Part shown: one piece after another, positions 37,661 to 46,947 of the stretch
Position numbering within the stretch: the stretch's first letter is position 1
Layout of the letters: every line of letters starts with the position of its first letter
From: Bacilli bacterium
GTDB lineage: Bacteria; Bacillota_I; Bacilli_A; RF39; UBA660
Length of the DNA stretch: 64,000 bases
Direction: 5' to 3'
Assembly (NCBI GenBank): GCA_017441065.1
Contig: JAFSAI010000037.1
Span: 6,065 to 70,064, forward strand
Made by a program: the position numbers and the translations under genes
The notes under the pieces: generated by a model
The model's database searches: none
What the model saw: the letters and a program-made list of their open reading frames with translations, nothing else
Told to the model about the DNA's origin: nothing

Positions 37661-39430
37661 ATGATAATGAAAGGGCAAAAGATTAGTGACCGTTACCAGA
37701 TAATTAAAAGTGTCGGTGAAGGTGGAATGGCAAATGTGTATCTTGCATATGATACCATTTTGGATAGAGATGTAGCCATTAAAGTTTTAAGAGGAGATCT
37801 TGCAAATGATGAGAAATTTGTTAGAAGATTTCAAAGAGAAGCTTTAGCAGCAAGTAGTCTTTCTAATCCTAATATAGTTGAAGTTTATGATGTTGGTGAA
37901 GATAATGGCGAATACTACATTGTAATGGAATACATCGAAGGAAAACATTTAAAACAACTTATTAAAAAAAGAGGAAAATTAACAGTATCAGAAGCAGTAG
38001 ATATAGTAATGCAAATTACTGATGGTTTATCTGTTGCACATGATTCTTATATAATACATAGAGATATTAAACCACAAAATATAATGATTTTAGAAAATGG
38101 TTTAGTAAAAATTACTGACTTTGGTATTGCGATGGCAATGAATTCAACTCAACTCACTCAAACGAATTCAGTAATGGGTAGTGTTCATTATTTACCACCA
38201 GAACAAGCTAGTGGTAAAGGATCAACACTTCAAAGTGATATTTACTCAATAGGTATATTATTTTATGAACTTTTAACTGGTAAACTTCCATTTAAGGGAG
38301 AAAATGCAGTTGAAATTGCACTTAAACATTTAAAAGAATCTCTTCCAAGTATTAGAGAAGAAGTTCCAAATATTCCTCAAAGTGTTGAAAATATTATTAT
38401 CAAAGCAACAGCTAAGAATCCAAAAAATAGATATGCTGATGCTAGAGAAATGCATGAAGATTTAAAGACTTGTTTAGATGCAACTAGAAGTGATGAAGCT
38501 AAAATAAAACTTAAATATCAAGAAGTATCTGATGATACAAGAATGATTAAACAAGTAAAAGATGATACTAAAAAGAATAGTGAGACTAAAAATGCTAATA
38601 CTAAGAAAAAAGAAACAGAAGAAGTTATAGCAAAGAAAATAACAGGTGATGATTTGAAAAAACAAAACAAAACATTAATAAGACTTGCTTCAATATTTAC
38701 TGGACTAGTTATTGTAGTTACACTTGTATTTGTTATGATAATGGTAACAAGTAAAAGAGCTACAATTAAAGTTCCAGATGTATCAAATAAAACTGTCAGT
38801 GAAGCAATAGATATTTTACAAGATGCTGGATTTACAGTTACTGATGAACAAGAAGGAATATCATCAAAAGATATAGAAGTTGGTGATGTAGTTAAAACTT
38901 CTCCTTTAGCAGGAACTAAACGTAAAAAAGGATCATCAATTAAAATTTATATTTCTACTGGGGATGCAACTATTGAAATAGAAGATTATACTGGTAAAAA
39001 TTATTTAGAAGTAAAAGGTGCTTTAGAAGCTAGAGGTATTGTTGTAAATATTGAAGAAGAAGTTATAGAAAATGATAGTGAATTTGAAAATAATCAAGTA
39101 GTAAGACAATCAGTAGAAGCAGGGACTAGCATTAAAAAAGGTGAAAATATAACTTTATATGTTGCTAGTGTTGGTGTTGCTTATCCAGATTTTACAGATG
39201 GTTCTTATACAGTAGCGGATGTTGAAGAATTCTGTTCAGAAAATAATGTTAGATTAGATGTAACTTATACAGTAAGTGATACTAATTTAGCAGGTACTAT
39301 CTATTATCAAAGTAGAGCAGCAGGTACTCCAGCTAAAAGTGGGGCAACATTCAAAATAAAAGTTTATAAAAATTCTGAACCAGTTGAAGAAGAACCAACT
39401 GATGAAACATGTGAAGATGGATTATGTTAA
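37661..39430 (+). CDS. prkC: Ser/Thr protein kinase with extracellular PASTA repeats
   Basis: Kinase motifs GEGGMANVY, HRDIKPQN, DFG and PPE, then one TM segment and three PASTA-like repeats. Confidence 0.85.
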   Translation: MIMKGQKISDRYQIIKSVGEGGMANVYLAYDTILDRDVAIKVLRGDLANDEKFVRRFQREALAASSLSNPNIVEVYDVGEDNGEYYIVMEYIEGKHLKQLIKKRGKLTVSEAVDIVMQITDGLSVAHDSYIIHRDIKPQNIMILENGLVKITDFGIAMAMNSTQLTQTNSVMGSVHYLPPEQASGKGSTLQSDIYSIGILFYELLTGKLPFKGENAVEIALKHLKESLPSIREEVPNIPQSVENIIIKATAKNPKNRYADAREMHEDLKTCLDATRSDEAKIKLKYQEVSDDTRMIKQVKDDTKKNSETKNANTKKKETEEVIAKKITGDDLKKQNKTLIRLASIFTGLVIVVTLVFVMIMVTSKRATIKVPDVSNKTVSEAIDILQDAGFTVTDEQEGISSKDIEVGDVVKTSPLAGTKRKKGSSIKIYISTGDATIEIEDYTGKNYLEVKGALEARGIVVNIEEEVIENDSEFENNQVVRQSVEAGTSIKKGENITLYVASVGVAYPDFTDGSYTVADVEEFCSENNVRLDVTYTVSDTNLAGTIYYQSRAAGTPAKSGATFKIKVYKNSEPVEEEPTDETCEDGLC

Positions 39431-40254
39431 GTGAAGGATTAATAATAAAAGTTAATAGTGATACATTTACTGTTAAAGTAGATGATAAGTATATCGATAC
39501 TAAAGCTAGAGGGAAAAATAGATTTGAAAAAATTAAACCAATAGTAGGAGATAAAGTTTTAGTAGACATAGAAAAAAGTGTTATTGAAAGTGTTTTAGAA
39601 AGACGTAATAGTCTTTCTAGGCCACCAGTAGCTAATATTGATATTGCCTTAATTGTAACTAGTTTAAAAAAACCAGAACTAAGTTTATCATTACTTGATA
39701 GATTAATAAGTATAGTTACAATAAATAAAATAGAACCAGTAATAGTATTTACTAAAATGGATTTAGCAACTCGTGTTGATTTAAAAGATTTAAAAAAATT
39801 AACTAAATACTATGAAAGTATTGGAATAAAAGTATTTAATAATAAAAAGGTAAGAAAATTAAAAAAATATTTAAAAAACAAAATAGTTACAGTATGTGGT
39901 CAAACGGGTGCTGGTAAAAGTACATTAATTAATAAATTAGATAAACATCTTAATTTAGAAACTAAAGAAATATCAGATGCTTTAGGTAGAGGAGTACATA
40001 CTACCAGAATAGTAGAATTATTTGAAATAGAAAATTTCTATATTGTTGATACTCCAGGATTTTCTTCAGTAGATATTAATACTTATTCTCTTGATGAAAT
40101 AAAAACAAGTTTTATAGAATTTAATAATCTAGAATGTAAGTTCAAAGATTGTAAACATGAAAAAGAAATTGGATGTAAAGTAATTGAAGAAGTAAATAAT
40201 GGAAATATTTTAAAGTCTAGATATGAAAATTATTTAAGATTTATTAAGGAGTAA
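39424..40254 (+). CDS. rsgA: Ribosome small-subunit GTPase RsgA (YloQ/CpgA)
   Basis: Circularly permuted GTPase: FTKMDL, GQTGAGKSTLIN, DTPGF, and a C-terminal zinc knuckle CKFKDCKHEKEIGC. Confidence 0.85.
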   Translation: MLSEGLIIKVNSDTFTVKVDDKYIDTKARGKNRFEKIKPIVGDKVLVDIEKSVIESVLERRNSLSRPPVANIDIALIVTSLKKPELSLSLLDRLISIVTINKIEPVIVFTKMDLATRVDLKDLKKLTKYYESIGIKVFNNKKVRKLKKYLKNKIVTVCGQTGAGKSTLINKLDKHLNLETKEISDALGRGVHTTRIVELFEIENFYIVDTPGFSSVDINTYSLDEIKTSFIEFNNLECKFKDCKHEKEIGCKVIEEVNNGNILKSRYENYLRFIKE

Positions 40255-40256
40255 AT

Positions 40257-40880
40257 ATGATTTCAGTTAGTTACTTAAAAAGTATTTATAATAAAAAAGA
40301 TACTATTAAAAAAATTGATGAAAGTATTGCAGATATGATTCATGTTGATTTAATGGATGGACTATATGTGGAAAATAAAAATTTTACTATAGATGAAGTA
40401 ATAGATGATTTGAAAGATACCATAAAGCCATTAGATATTCATTTAATGGTAAATAATCCAGAAATATATATTGATGAATTAGCAAAATTAAAACCATTTG
40501 CAATCACATTTCATTTAGATTCTACAAATAAAAAAGATGATGTAATTAACCAAATCAAAGATTACAATATAAAAGTAGGAATTGCTATTAATCCTGATGA
40601 AAATATTAGTATCTTAGATGGTTATTTAGAATTAATTGATTATGTTCTTGTTATGAGCGTTGTTCCTGGTAAAGGCGGACAACCATTCATAAAAGATGTT
40701 CTTGATAAGATAAAACAACTAGAAAATAAAAATATTCTTATAGGTATTGATGGTGGTATTAATTCTGAATCAATAACATATTTGAAGAACTATAAAATAG
40801 ATAATATTATAAGTGGTTCATTTGTATGTATGAGTGATGATTATAATATGAAAATAGGAGAATTAAAAGAAAGAGCTTAA
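40257..40880 (+). CDS. rpe: Ribulose-phosphate 3-epimerase family protein (divergent)
   Basis: HVDLMDGLYVENKNF, DIHLMV, VMSVVPGKGGQ and DGGIN, in the conserved position after rsgA. Confidence 0.7.
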   Translation: MISVSYLKSIYNKKDTIKKIDESIADMIHVDLMDGLYVENKNFTIDEVIDDLKDTIKPLDIHLMVNNPEIYIDELAKLKPFAITFHLDSTNKKDDVINQIKDYNIKVGIAINPDENISILDGYLELIDYVLVMSVVPGKGGQPFIKDVLDKIKQLENKNILIGIDGGINSESITYLKNYKIDNIISGSFVCMSDDYNMKIGELKERA

Positions 40881-41219
40881 GCTTTTTTTTTCTTGGGATA
40901 AAATATAAAATTACCAACATTTTTTTGTAAAAATTGTTAATCATTAGTTAAAATTATACCGAATTGAAAATTAAAATCAAAGGAAATAAAAACTTTGATT
41001 TTTTACTTTTTTCAAGTAAATGATCGTCAATGAAGACGTTAAAATAAATATGAAAGATAACACACATATCTTTCTTCCTAGAAATTTAAGAACTTAATTA
41101 ATAGTAAGTTCTTTTTTGTTATAAAAGTGACAAATATTAACAATTTTTAAAAATTAAATAATCTCTTATTCTAAAATAGAAAATAATATGTTAAAATGAT
41201 TATAGTAGGGTGAAAAAAG

Positions 41220-42935
41220 ATGACAAGAGAAACTTTTTTACTTATTGCAGTAGCGTATTATGCAGTTACAATGATTATAGTTGTGATTGTTTTAGTATTG
41301 ATGAATAAAAAATATCGTAAGAATATAACTAATGAAATTAATTCATTAGAAAGAGATAAAAATTTAATTATATCTAGTAGTATTATGTCGGAATTAAATA
41401 AAGTGGAAGCTTTAGTTAATAATGATGAACTTAAGAAAAGATATGAGAATTGGCAAAAAAGATTTGAATCAATTAGAGATGAAGAAATACCTAAGATAAC
41501 TGATGAAATTATTGAATTGCAAGATGATTTTAATGAAAGAGATTATGATAAATTAAAAAAAGGTTTAGTAGATGTAGAACTTAATATTAATTATTTAAAA
41601 ACAAAAGCAGATTTTTTACTTGATGAAATAAAAGAAATAACATTAAGTGAAGAAAGAAATAGAGAAACAATAATTAAATTAAAAGCAGATTATAGAGAAA
41701 TTAGAAATTTATATAATACAAATATTAATGATTTTGAAATAGTTAAAAATCCAATTGAATTACAATTTGAAAATGTTGATAAACTATTTAGTGCTTTTGA
41801 AGATGCGATGGAAAAAAATGAATATTTAGAAGTTGGAAAAATAGTTAAAGCAATTGATGATTTAATTGGTAACTTAAAAGTAGTAATTAATGAAACAAAA
41901 ATTATTGTTAATTTAGGAAGTGTATTAATACCTAAAAGAATTGATGATATTAATAATGTATATCATAAGATGAAATTAGAAGGTTATAATTTAGAATATT
42001 TAAATATTGAATATAATATTGATGAAGCTAACAAAAAGATTCAAGATGTATTTAGTAGATTAAATGTTTTAAATGTAGTAGATTCAGTATTTGAACTTAA
42101 AACTATGTTAGATTATTTTGATTCTTTATATAATGATTTTGATAAAGAAAGAATTACTAAAAAATTATATGAAGAATATAAAAGAAGTATTTTGATAAAA
42201 GTAAGTAAATTAGAAAAAATTAATAATGAATTATATCGTAAAATTGATGATATAAAGTATAGTTATGATTTATCTGATGATGAAGTACTAGTTATAAGTG
42301 AAATAAAAGAAGAATTTAATAATATAAGAGCTAGTTATGATAGAGTAGTTGAAATGGAAAGAAATAAAACACTAGCTTATTCTCGTCTTTCTAAAGAAAT
42401 GGAAATATTAAACAATAAATTAACTAAAGCGGAAGAAAAATTAAATATTGCTCTTAGAACTTTAGGAAGTTTAAAAGAAGATGAATTAAGAGCAAGAGAT
42501 CAATTAGATGAAATTAAAGATATCTTAATACAAGCTAAAGAAAAGGTAAGAAGTTATAAACTTCCGGTAATACCTAAAAATTATTATGTTGAATTAAGTG
42601 AAGCAACACTTGCTATAAATGAAATGGTTAAAGAACTTGATAAAAGACCAATTTCAATTAAAACGCTTAATTTAAGAGTAGATACAGCAAGAGATTTAGT
42701 ATTAAAAGTTTATAATACAATTAATGAAACAATTAAGACAGCTAAAATGGCTGAAACTGCAATTGTTTATGGTAATAGATATCGAGTAGTAAATAAAGAT
42801 GTAGATTTAGGTCTTACTAAAGCAGAAAATTCTTTTTATAAAGGTAATTTTAAAAATAGTTTAGAAAATGCAATTAATGCAATTAATATTATAGAACCAG
42901 GAATACATAAAAGATTACTTGATGAATACAAATAG
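41220..42935 (+). CDS. ezrA: Septation ring formation regulator EzrA
   Basis: N-terminal TM anchor plus about 540 aa of repeated coiled coil. Length and pattern (NEINSLERDKNL...ELQDDF...) are typical of EzrA. Confidence 0.8.
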   Translation: MTRETFLLIAVAYYAVTMIIVVIVLVLMNKKYRKNITNEINSLERDKNLIISSSIMSELNKVEALVNNDELKKRYENWQKRFESIRDEEIPKITDEIIELQDDFNERDYDKLKKGLVDVELNINYLKTKADFLLDEIKEITLSEERNRETIIKLKADYREIRNLYNTNINDFEIVKNPIELQFENVDKLFSAFEDAMEKNEYLEVGKIVKAIDDLIGNLKVVINETKIIVNLGSVLIPKRIDDINNVYHKMKLEGYNLEYLNIEYNIDEANKKIQDVFSRLNVLNVVDSVFELKTMLDYFDSLYNDFDKERITKKLYEEYKRSILIKVSKLEKINNELYRKIDDIKYSYDLSDDEVLVISEIKEEFNNIRASYDRVVEMERNKTLAYSRLSKEMEILNNKLTKAEEKLNIALRTLGSLKEDELRARDQLDEIKDILIQAKEKVRSYKLPVIPKNYYVELSEATLAINEMVKELDKRPISIKTLNLRVDTARDLVLKVYNTINETIKTAKMAETAIVYGNRYRVVNKDVDLGLTKAENSFYKGNFKNSLENAINAINIIEPGIHKRLLDEYK

Positions 42936-42950
42936 TTTGTATTCCTTTTT
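42924..42950 (+). terminator. Hairpin/terminator spanning the ezrA stop codon
   Basis: gaatacaaa-TAG-tttgtattc followed by cTTTTT. I see no clear promoter between it and the next gene. Confidence 0.5.
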
Positions 42951-42976
42951 GCATTTTAATTTAAAGGAGAATAATA

Positions 42977-44611
42977 ATGAAAAAAATATTATATTTATCT
43001 TTGATTACAATATTGTTACCAAGCATTGTTTTAGCCGGTGGTAGTGAAGATGATAGAGTTTATACAACTACTTATGAACAAGGATATACTTATGGAAATG
43101 TTAAAGATTGCAATACTAGTTCTGGGATTGCCTGGTTTGAAGGAATTGAAACAGCCAGTGGTTATAAAGTATGTCTATGGAATGTTAAAGATAAAGTAGG
43201 AACTGATAGGTTTAAATGTGAAGATAGTTCAATGGAAAGATTTACTTTGGGCAAAGTAACAGATAATCACGGAACTGAATATTGGGGATATGGTTGTAGA
43301 AAAGCAGATCCTAGTAAAATAGAATATATAAAAAAAACATTATATGTAGGTTATGGGGAACAAGTAGCATCGCAATATTCAAATAAATGTACAATATTAG
43401 AAGGTGATGCAGTTCAGTTTAATAAGCATAATGCATGTTGGGTTGATGCGGTAAAAGCTGGTAAAGCTAAAGTAAAGGTTGTTAACAATGATAATCAAAC
43501 GGCATCATATTATGAATATGAAGTTATAAAAGGTACTCAGAAAGTTTCTGAACTAGATGATAAATATGTTTACGGAAGTGTTGATAAATGTCATTTAGGT
43601 TCTAAGGGTTATACGTATGGTGGTACTGTTACTTTTGATGGTTTAACTTTTTGTGGCTCATCTGCAGCTGGATACAATTATGAAAGTTATGAAATATCAT
43701 GTAAAGATGAAGGATATGATACTTTTAAACTAACTTTTGATTCTAACGGAACTCATTATAAAGGATATGGATGTAGAAAAATCAAACAAGAAGAGAAAAT
43801 TGAATATGTAAAAAAACAATTATATCTAGGTTATGGAGCACAACTTGCTTATGAACATACTCACAAATGTACAATATTAGAAGGAAATTCAGTTCAAATA
43901 AATAAATGGAATAGTTGTTATATCGACGCAGTAAAAGTAGGAGTTTCTAAAGTAAAAGTTGTAAGTGAAGCAACAGGAATGGCTACATATTATGAATATG
44001 AAGTTATTAGTCCAACATCAAGCATAGATGAATTAGATGATAAATATAGGTATGGTAGCGTTGATAAATGCCGTTTGGGCGAAAAAGGGTATACATATGG
44101 TGGAAAAGTTGGTTTTCAAGGATATACTTTTTGTGGTTCTAAAGCAGCAGGTTATAATTTTGAAAAGTATGAGGTTACTTGTTTAAATTCAAAATATGAA
44201 TTATTTACCTTAACCTTTAAAAGTGATGAAGGAACAACATATAAAGGTTATGGATGCAGATGCGAAAAAGGAACAGATTGTGATACCATTTTACCAGAAC
44301 CAGAAGTAATAACTCAAACCTGCGATTCATTACTTGGAAGTCCAAACACTAAAGGAAGTCCAGCTTTTTACTTAGCAACGGTATTTAGTGTTTTAAGATA
44401 TGTAGCAATAGCAATAATTATAGTAATGACTACACTAGATTTTGTGGGTGCCGTGGCATCGCATGATAATGAAATAATAAAAAAAGCAGTTAATAAACTA
44501 TTAAAAAGAGCGATATTGTGTGTAGCAATATTCTTATTACCAACGATAATAGAATTTATATTGCAATTTGTTCATAATAGAACAATAACAACATGTGGGA
44601 TAGGAAAATAA
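42977..44611 (+). CDS. Secreted Cys-rich repeat protein with the conserved C-terminal two-helix membrane hairpin (family member 1)
   Basis: Signal peptide ...PSIVLA|GGSEDD, then 2.5 copies of a 160-aa C/Y/G-rich module, then the 100-aa module ITQTCDSLLGS...HNRTITTCGIGK shared with the next three genes. Confidence 0.8.
   Translation: MKKILYLSLITILLPSIVLAGGSEDDRVYTTTYEQGYTYGNVKDCNTSSGIAWFEGIETASGYKVCLWNVKDKVGTDRFKCEDSSMERFTLGKVTDNHGTEYWGYGCRKADPSKIEYIKKTLYVGYGEQVASQYSNKCTILEGDAVQFNKHNACWVDAVKAGKAKVKVVNNDNQTASYYEYEVIKGTQKVSELDDKYVYGSVDKCHLGSKGYTYGGTVTFDGLTFCGSSAAGYNYESYEISCKDEGYDTFKLTFDSNGTHYKGYGCRKIKQEEKIEYVKKQLYLGYGAQLAYEHTHKCTILEGNSVQINKWNSCYIDAVKVGVSKVKVVSEATGMATYYEYEVISPTSSIDELDDKYRYGSVDKCRLGEKGYTYGGKVGFQGYTFCGSKAAGYNFEKYEVTCLNSKYELFTLTFKSDEGTTYKGYGCRCEKGTDCDTILPEPEVITQTCDSLLGSPNTKGSPAFYLATVFSVLRYVAIAIIIVMTTLDFVGAVASHDNEIIKKAVNKLLKRAILCVAIFLLPTIIEFILQFVHNRTITTCGIGK
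43553..44278 (+). repeat. Intragenic tandem repeat, 480-nt (160-aa) unit, 1.5 well-conserved copies plus a diverged copy upstream (from about 43073)
   Basis: DDKYVYGSVDKCHLGSKGYTYGG...CTILEGNSVQINKWNSCYIDAVK...YYEYEVI recurs with a 160-aa period. For example, CTILEG is at aa 138 and 298, and DDKY.YGSVDKC is at aa 194 and 354. Confidence 0.8.
44309..44611 (+). repeat. 303-nt conserved 3' cassette, copy 1
   Basis: Near-identical at the nucleotide level to 45438..45740 and 46582..46884, with a 64-nt uninterrupted identity to copy 3. Confidence 0.85.
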
Positions 44612-44621
44612 GGTGACATTT

Positions 44622-45740
44622 ATGAAAAAAATTTTGATATTATTAATAATGCTAATGTTTCCTTATTTCGTGTATGCTGGTGGTGAAGAAGATGATGTTG
44701 TATCATCGGATAATAAAAATGAAGAAGCCAAAGCTAAACCTTTAATTTGTATTTATGAAGGTGGTACTCAGAATAGTCCTACAATGTTAGTTCAACATGC
44801 AGATGGGAGTTTCTCAGTTAAAATAAATTATTACGGTGATTACACCGATAAAGAAGATTCGGAATGGTACGATTCAACAAAAGACAATAAATGGACATTA
44901 AAATTTGAAGATACAAATAAATTTGATGGTACAAAACTAACTGATTGTCCTAAATATGTTCAACATCCGGGCTTTAGTCTTTATGAATTAGTATTTCATG
45001 ATTCTAAAGGAGCCTTTAGATTAGACTATGAATTATACAAAAAATATGAAGAAGAAGTAGATGAAAATAATTATGGTCAAAGTTTCGAAGGCGAAAATAA
45101 AGAAGAAATAGAAAAAAATGAATGGTTAAAAGTATGTACATATAGTGATGGAGACGGTGGCTCTGATATAAAAATGTACTTTAATCGTGAAAAAATGATT
45201 TTTTCTGAAACTAGTAGTTTAATTTCAAAAGTATCAACAGATTTTTCTTTATATGATGTTTTAGAACATTATGATAAGATGGGTGGTACATGTCCAACTT
45301 TATATGCCAAAAATGATTGTTATGCAAATATTGGAAATACCTTTTGTTATGTAAATTTTTCAATGGAAAAGTCATTTTGGAATTCAGATGTTGATAAACC
45401 AGTAGGAGATAAACCAATAATTTTAAATCCTGATATTATCACGCAGACATGCGATTCACTTTTAGGTAGTGTAACAACAAAAGGAAGTCCAGCCTTTTAT
45501 TTAGCAGCTATATTTAGTGTTTTAAGATATGTAGCAATAGCAATAATTATAGTAATGACTTCACTTGATTTTGTTAGTGCAGTATCATCACAAGATAATG
45601 AAATAATAAAAAAGGCAGTTAATAAACTATTAAAAAGAGCGATATTATGTGTAATAATATTCTTACTACCAACAATAATAGAATTTATATTACAATTTGT
45701 TCATAATAGATCAATTACAACTTGTGGAATAGGAGGTTAA
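44622..45740 (+). CDS. Secreted protein with a unique ectodomain and the conserved C-terminal hairpin (family member 2)
   Basis: ATG at 44622 after AAGGTGA. Signal peptide ...FVYA|GGEEDD. The ectodomain shows an internal C-x-Y...CP duplication. The C-terminal module is ITQTCDSLLGS...HNRSITTCGIGG. Confidence 0.8.
   Translation: MKKILILLIMLMFPYFVYAGGEEDDVVSSDNKNEEAKAKPLICIYEGGTQNSPTMLVQHADGSFSVKINYYGDYTDKEDSEWYDSTKDNKWTLKFEDTNKFDGTKLTDCPKYVQHPGFSLYELVFHDSKGAFRLDYELYKKYEEEVDENNYGQSFEGENKEEIEKNEWLKVCTYSDGDGGSDIKMYFNREKMIFSETSSLISKVSTDFSLYDVLEHYDKMGGTCPTLYAKNDCYANIGNTFCYVNFSMEKSFWNSDVDKPVGDKPIILNPDIITQTCDSLLGSVTTKGSPAFYLAAIFSVLRYVAIAIIIVMTSLDFVSAVSSQDNEIIKKAVNKLLKRAILCVIIFLLPTIIEFILQFVHNRSITTCGIGG
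45438..45740 (+). repeat. 303-nt conserved 3' cassette, copy 2
   Basis: See copy 1. Confidence 0.85.
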
Positions 45741-45744
45741 TGTT

Positions 45745-46884
45745 ATGATGAAGAATAGAATGATAACATTACTATTAATAATATTATTAGTAGTTCCCTG
45801 TATTGTTTATGCCGGAGGTAGTGATGATGATAATAATGGAGTTACAGGTGCCACAATGGGAACAAAAAATTGTTATTATGTTTCAAAAAATGAACGACAA
45901 ACATCATATGTCCATTTGACTTTATATGGATTAGGACCAGCAATGAGTCAGTCAGTTGCCGTTGAATCATATTTTTATGATAATCAAGGTAATGGTGAAA
46001 AACATGTTACTTTAGATGTTAATAATTTTGATGGCCAAGATTATATATATAATTATATGCATCATTATGATACTTACTTTGCTTTAAATAATCATTTTTC
46101 AATAATTTCAATGCGCATTAGTGAAGGTGAAGCAGATCTTTTAGATAATGATAACCACGAAGCTTGCCCAAGTACAGTTTTTGAAATTACATATTTAGAT
46201 AAGAAAAACAATAAAAAAAATTCTTACTTTTTATGTAATGGTTATAATTCTGATTTAGGCCAAGATACTTGTGCTAATGCAGAAAATTTTTTGAAAAATA
46301 CCGATAAGTTTGGTACTAATCCATCAATAGTAAAACATACATTTACAACATCAACTGCATTTAACAATTTAAACCAAGAAAGTTCATCTCATACAAATAT
46401 TAATGATACTTATAATGAAATTTTGGATGATATTGATGTTGTATGCGATAAAGAAAGTGAACACTATGACGAAGATAAATGTAGAGCTTTAAATGATTCT
46501 GTTGATGATATAAAAGATCAAAATTCAGATTTAGTAGAAGAAGAAAATTTACACAGAGTTGAATTACCAGAAGTAGAAATCATAACTCAAACATGTGATT
46601 CACTATTAGGTAGTGTAACAACAAAAGGAAGTCCAGCATTTTACTTAGCAACTATATTTAGTGTTTTAAGATATGTAGCAATAGCAATAATTATAGTAAT
46701 GACTACACTAGATTTTGTTGGAGCAGTATCATCACATGATAATGAAATAATAAAAAAGGCAGTTAATAAACTATTAAAAAGAGCAATGTTATGTGTAGCG
46801 ATATTCTTACTACCAACAATAATAGAATTTGTATTGCAATTTGTTCATAATAGAACAATAACAACATGTGACATTGGAAAATAA
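45745..46884 (+). CDS. Secreted protein with a unique ectodomain and the conserved C-terminal hairpin (family member 3)
   Basis: RBS GGAGG lies inside the end of the previous gene. Signal peptide ...CIVYA|GGSDDD. The ectodomain is acidic and contains Cys. The C-terminal module is ...HNRTITTCDIGK. Confidence 0.8.
   Translation: MMKNRMITLLLIILLVVPCIVYAGGSDDDNNGVTGATMGTKNCYYVSKNERQTSYVHLTLYGLGPAMSQSVAVESYFYDNQGNGEKHVTLDVNNFDGQDYIYNYMHHYDTYFALNNHFSIISMRISEGEADLLDNDNHEACPSTVFEITYLDKKNNKKNSYFLCNGYNSDLGQDTCANAENFLKNTDKFGTNPSIVKHTFTTSTAFNNLNQESSSHTNINDTYNEILDDIDVVCDKESEHYDEDKCRALNDSVDDIKDQNSDLVEEENLHRVELPEVEIITQTCDSLLGSVTTKGSPAFYLATIFSVLRYVAIAIIIVMTTLDFVGAVSSHDNEIIKKAVNKLLKRAMLCVAIFLLPTIIEFVLQFVHNRTITTCDIGK
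46582..46884 (+). repeat. 303-nt conserved 3' cassette, copy 3
   Basis: See copy 1. Confidence 0.85.
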
Positions 46885-46907
46885 ATACTTAACAAAATAA
46901 AAAAATG

Positions 46908-46947
46908 TGATATAATAGAAACCATCTTTACAAAAAGGTGGTTTTTT
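46908..46947 (+). promoter_or_regulatory. Extended -10 promoter (TGaTATAAT, 46908-16) overlapping a hairpin plus T-run (46919-46947) that contains the RBS of member 4
   Basis: The aaaccatc/ggtggttt stem is followed by T6, and its 3' arm is the GGTGG RBS of the ATG at 46948. A transcript started at the local promoter would lack the 5' arm. Confidence 0.4.

Noticed and set aside
41011-41088. 25-codon ORF (MIVNEDVKINMKDNTHIFLPRNLRT) in the rpe-ezrA intergenic region
   Set aside because: It has no Shine-Dalgarno sequence, is not hydrophobic and coincides with hairpins. It more likely lies within structured non-coding sequence.
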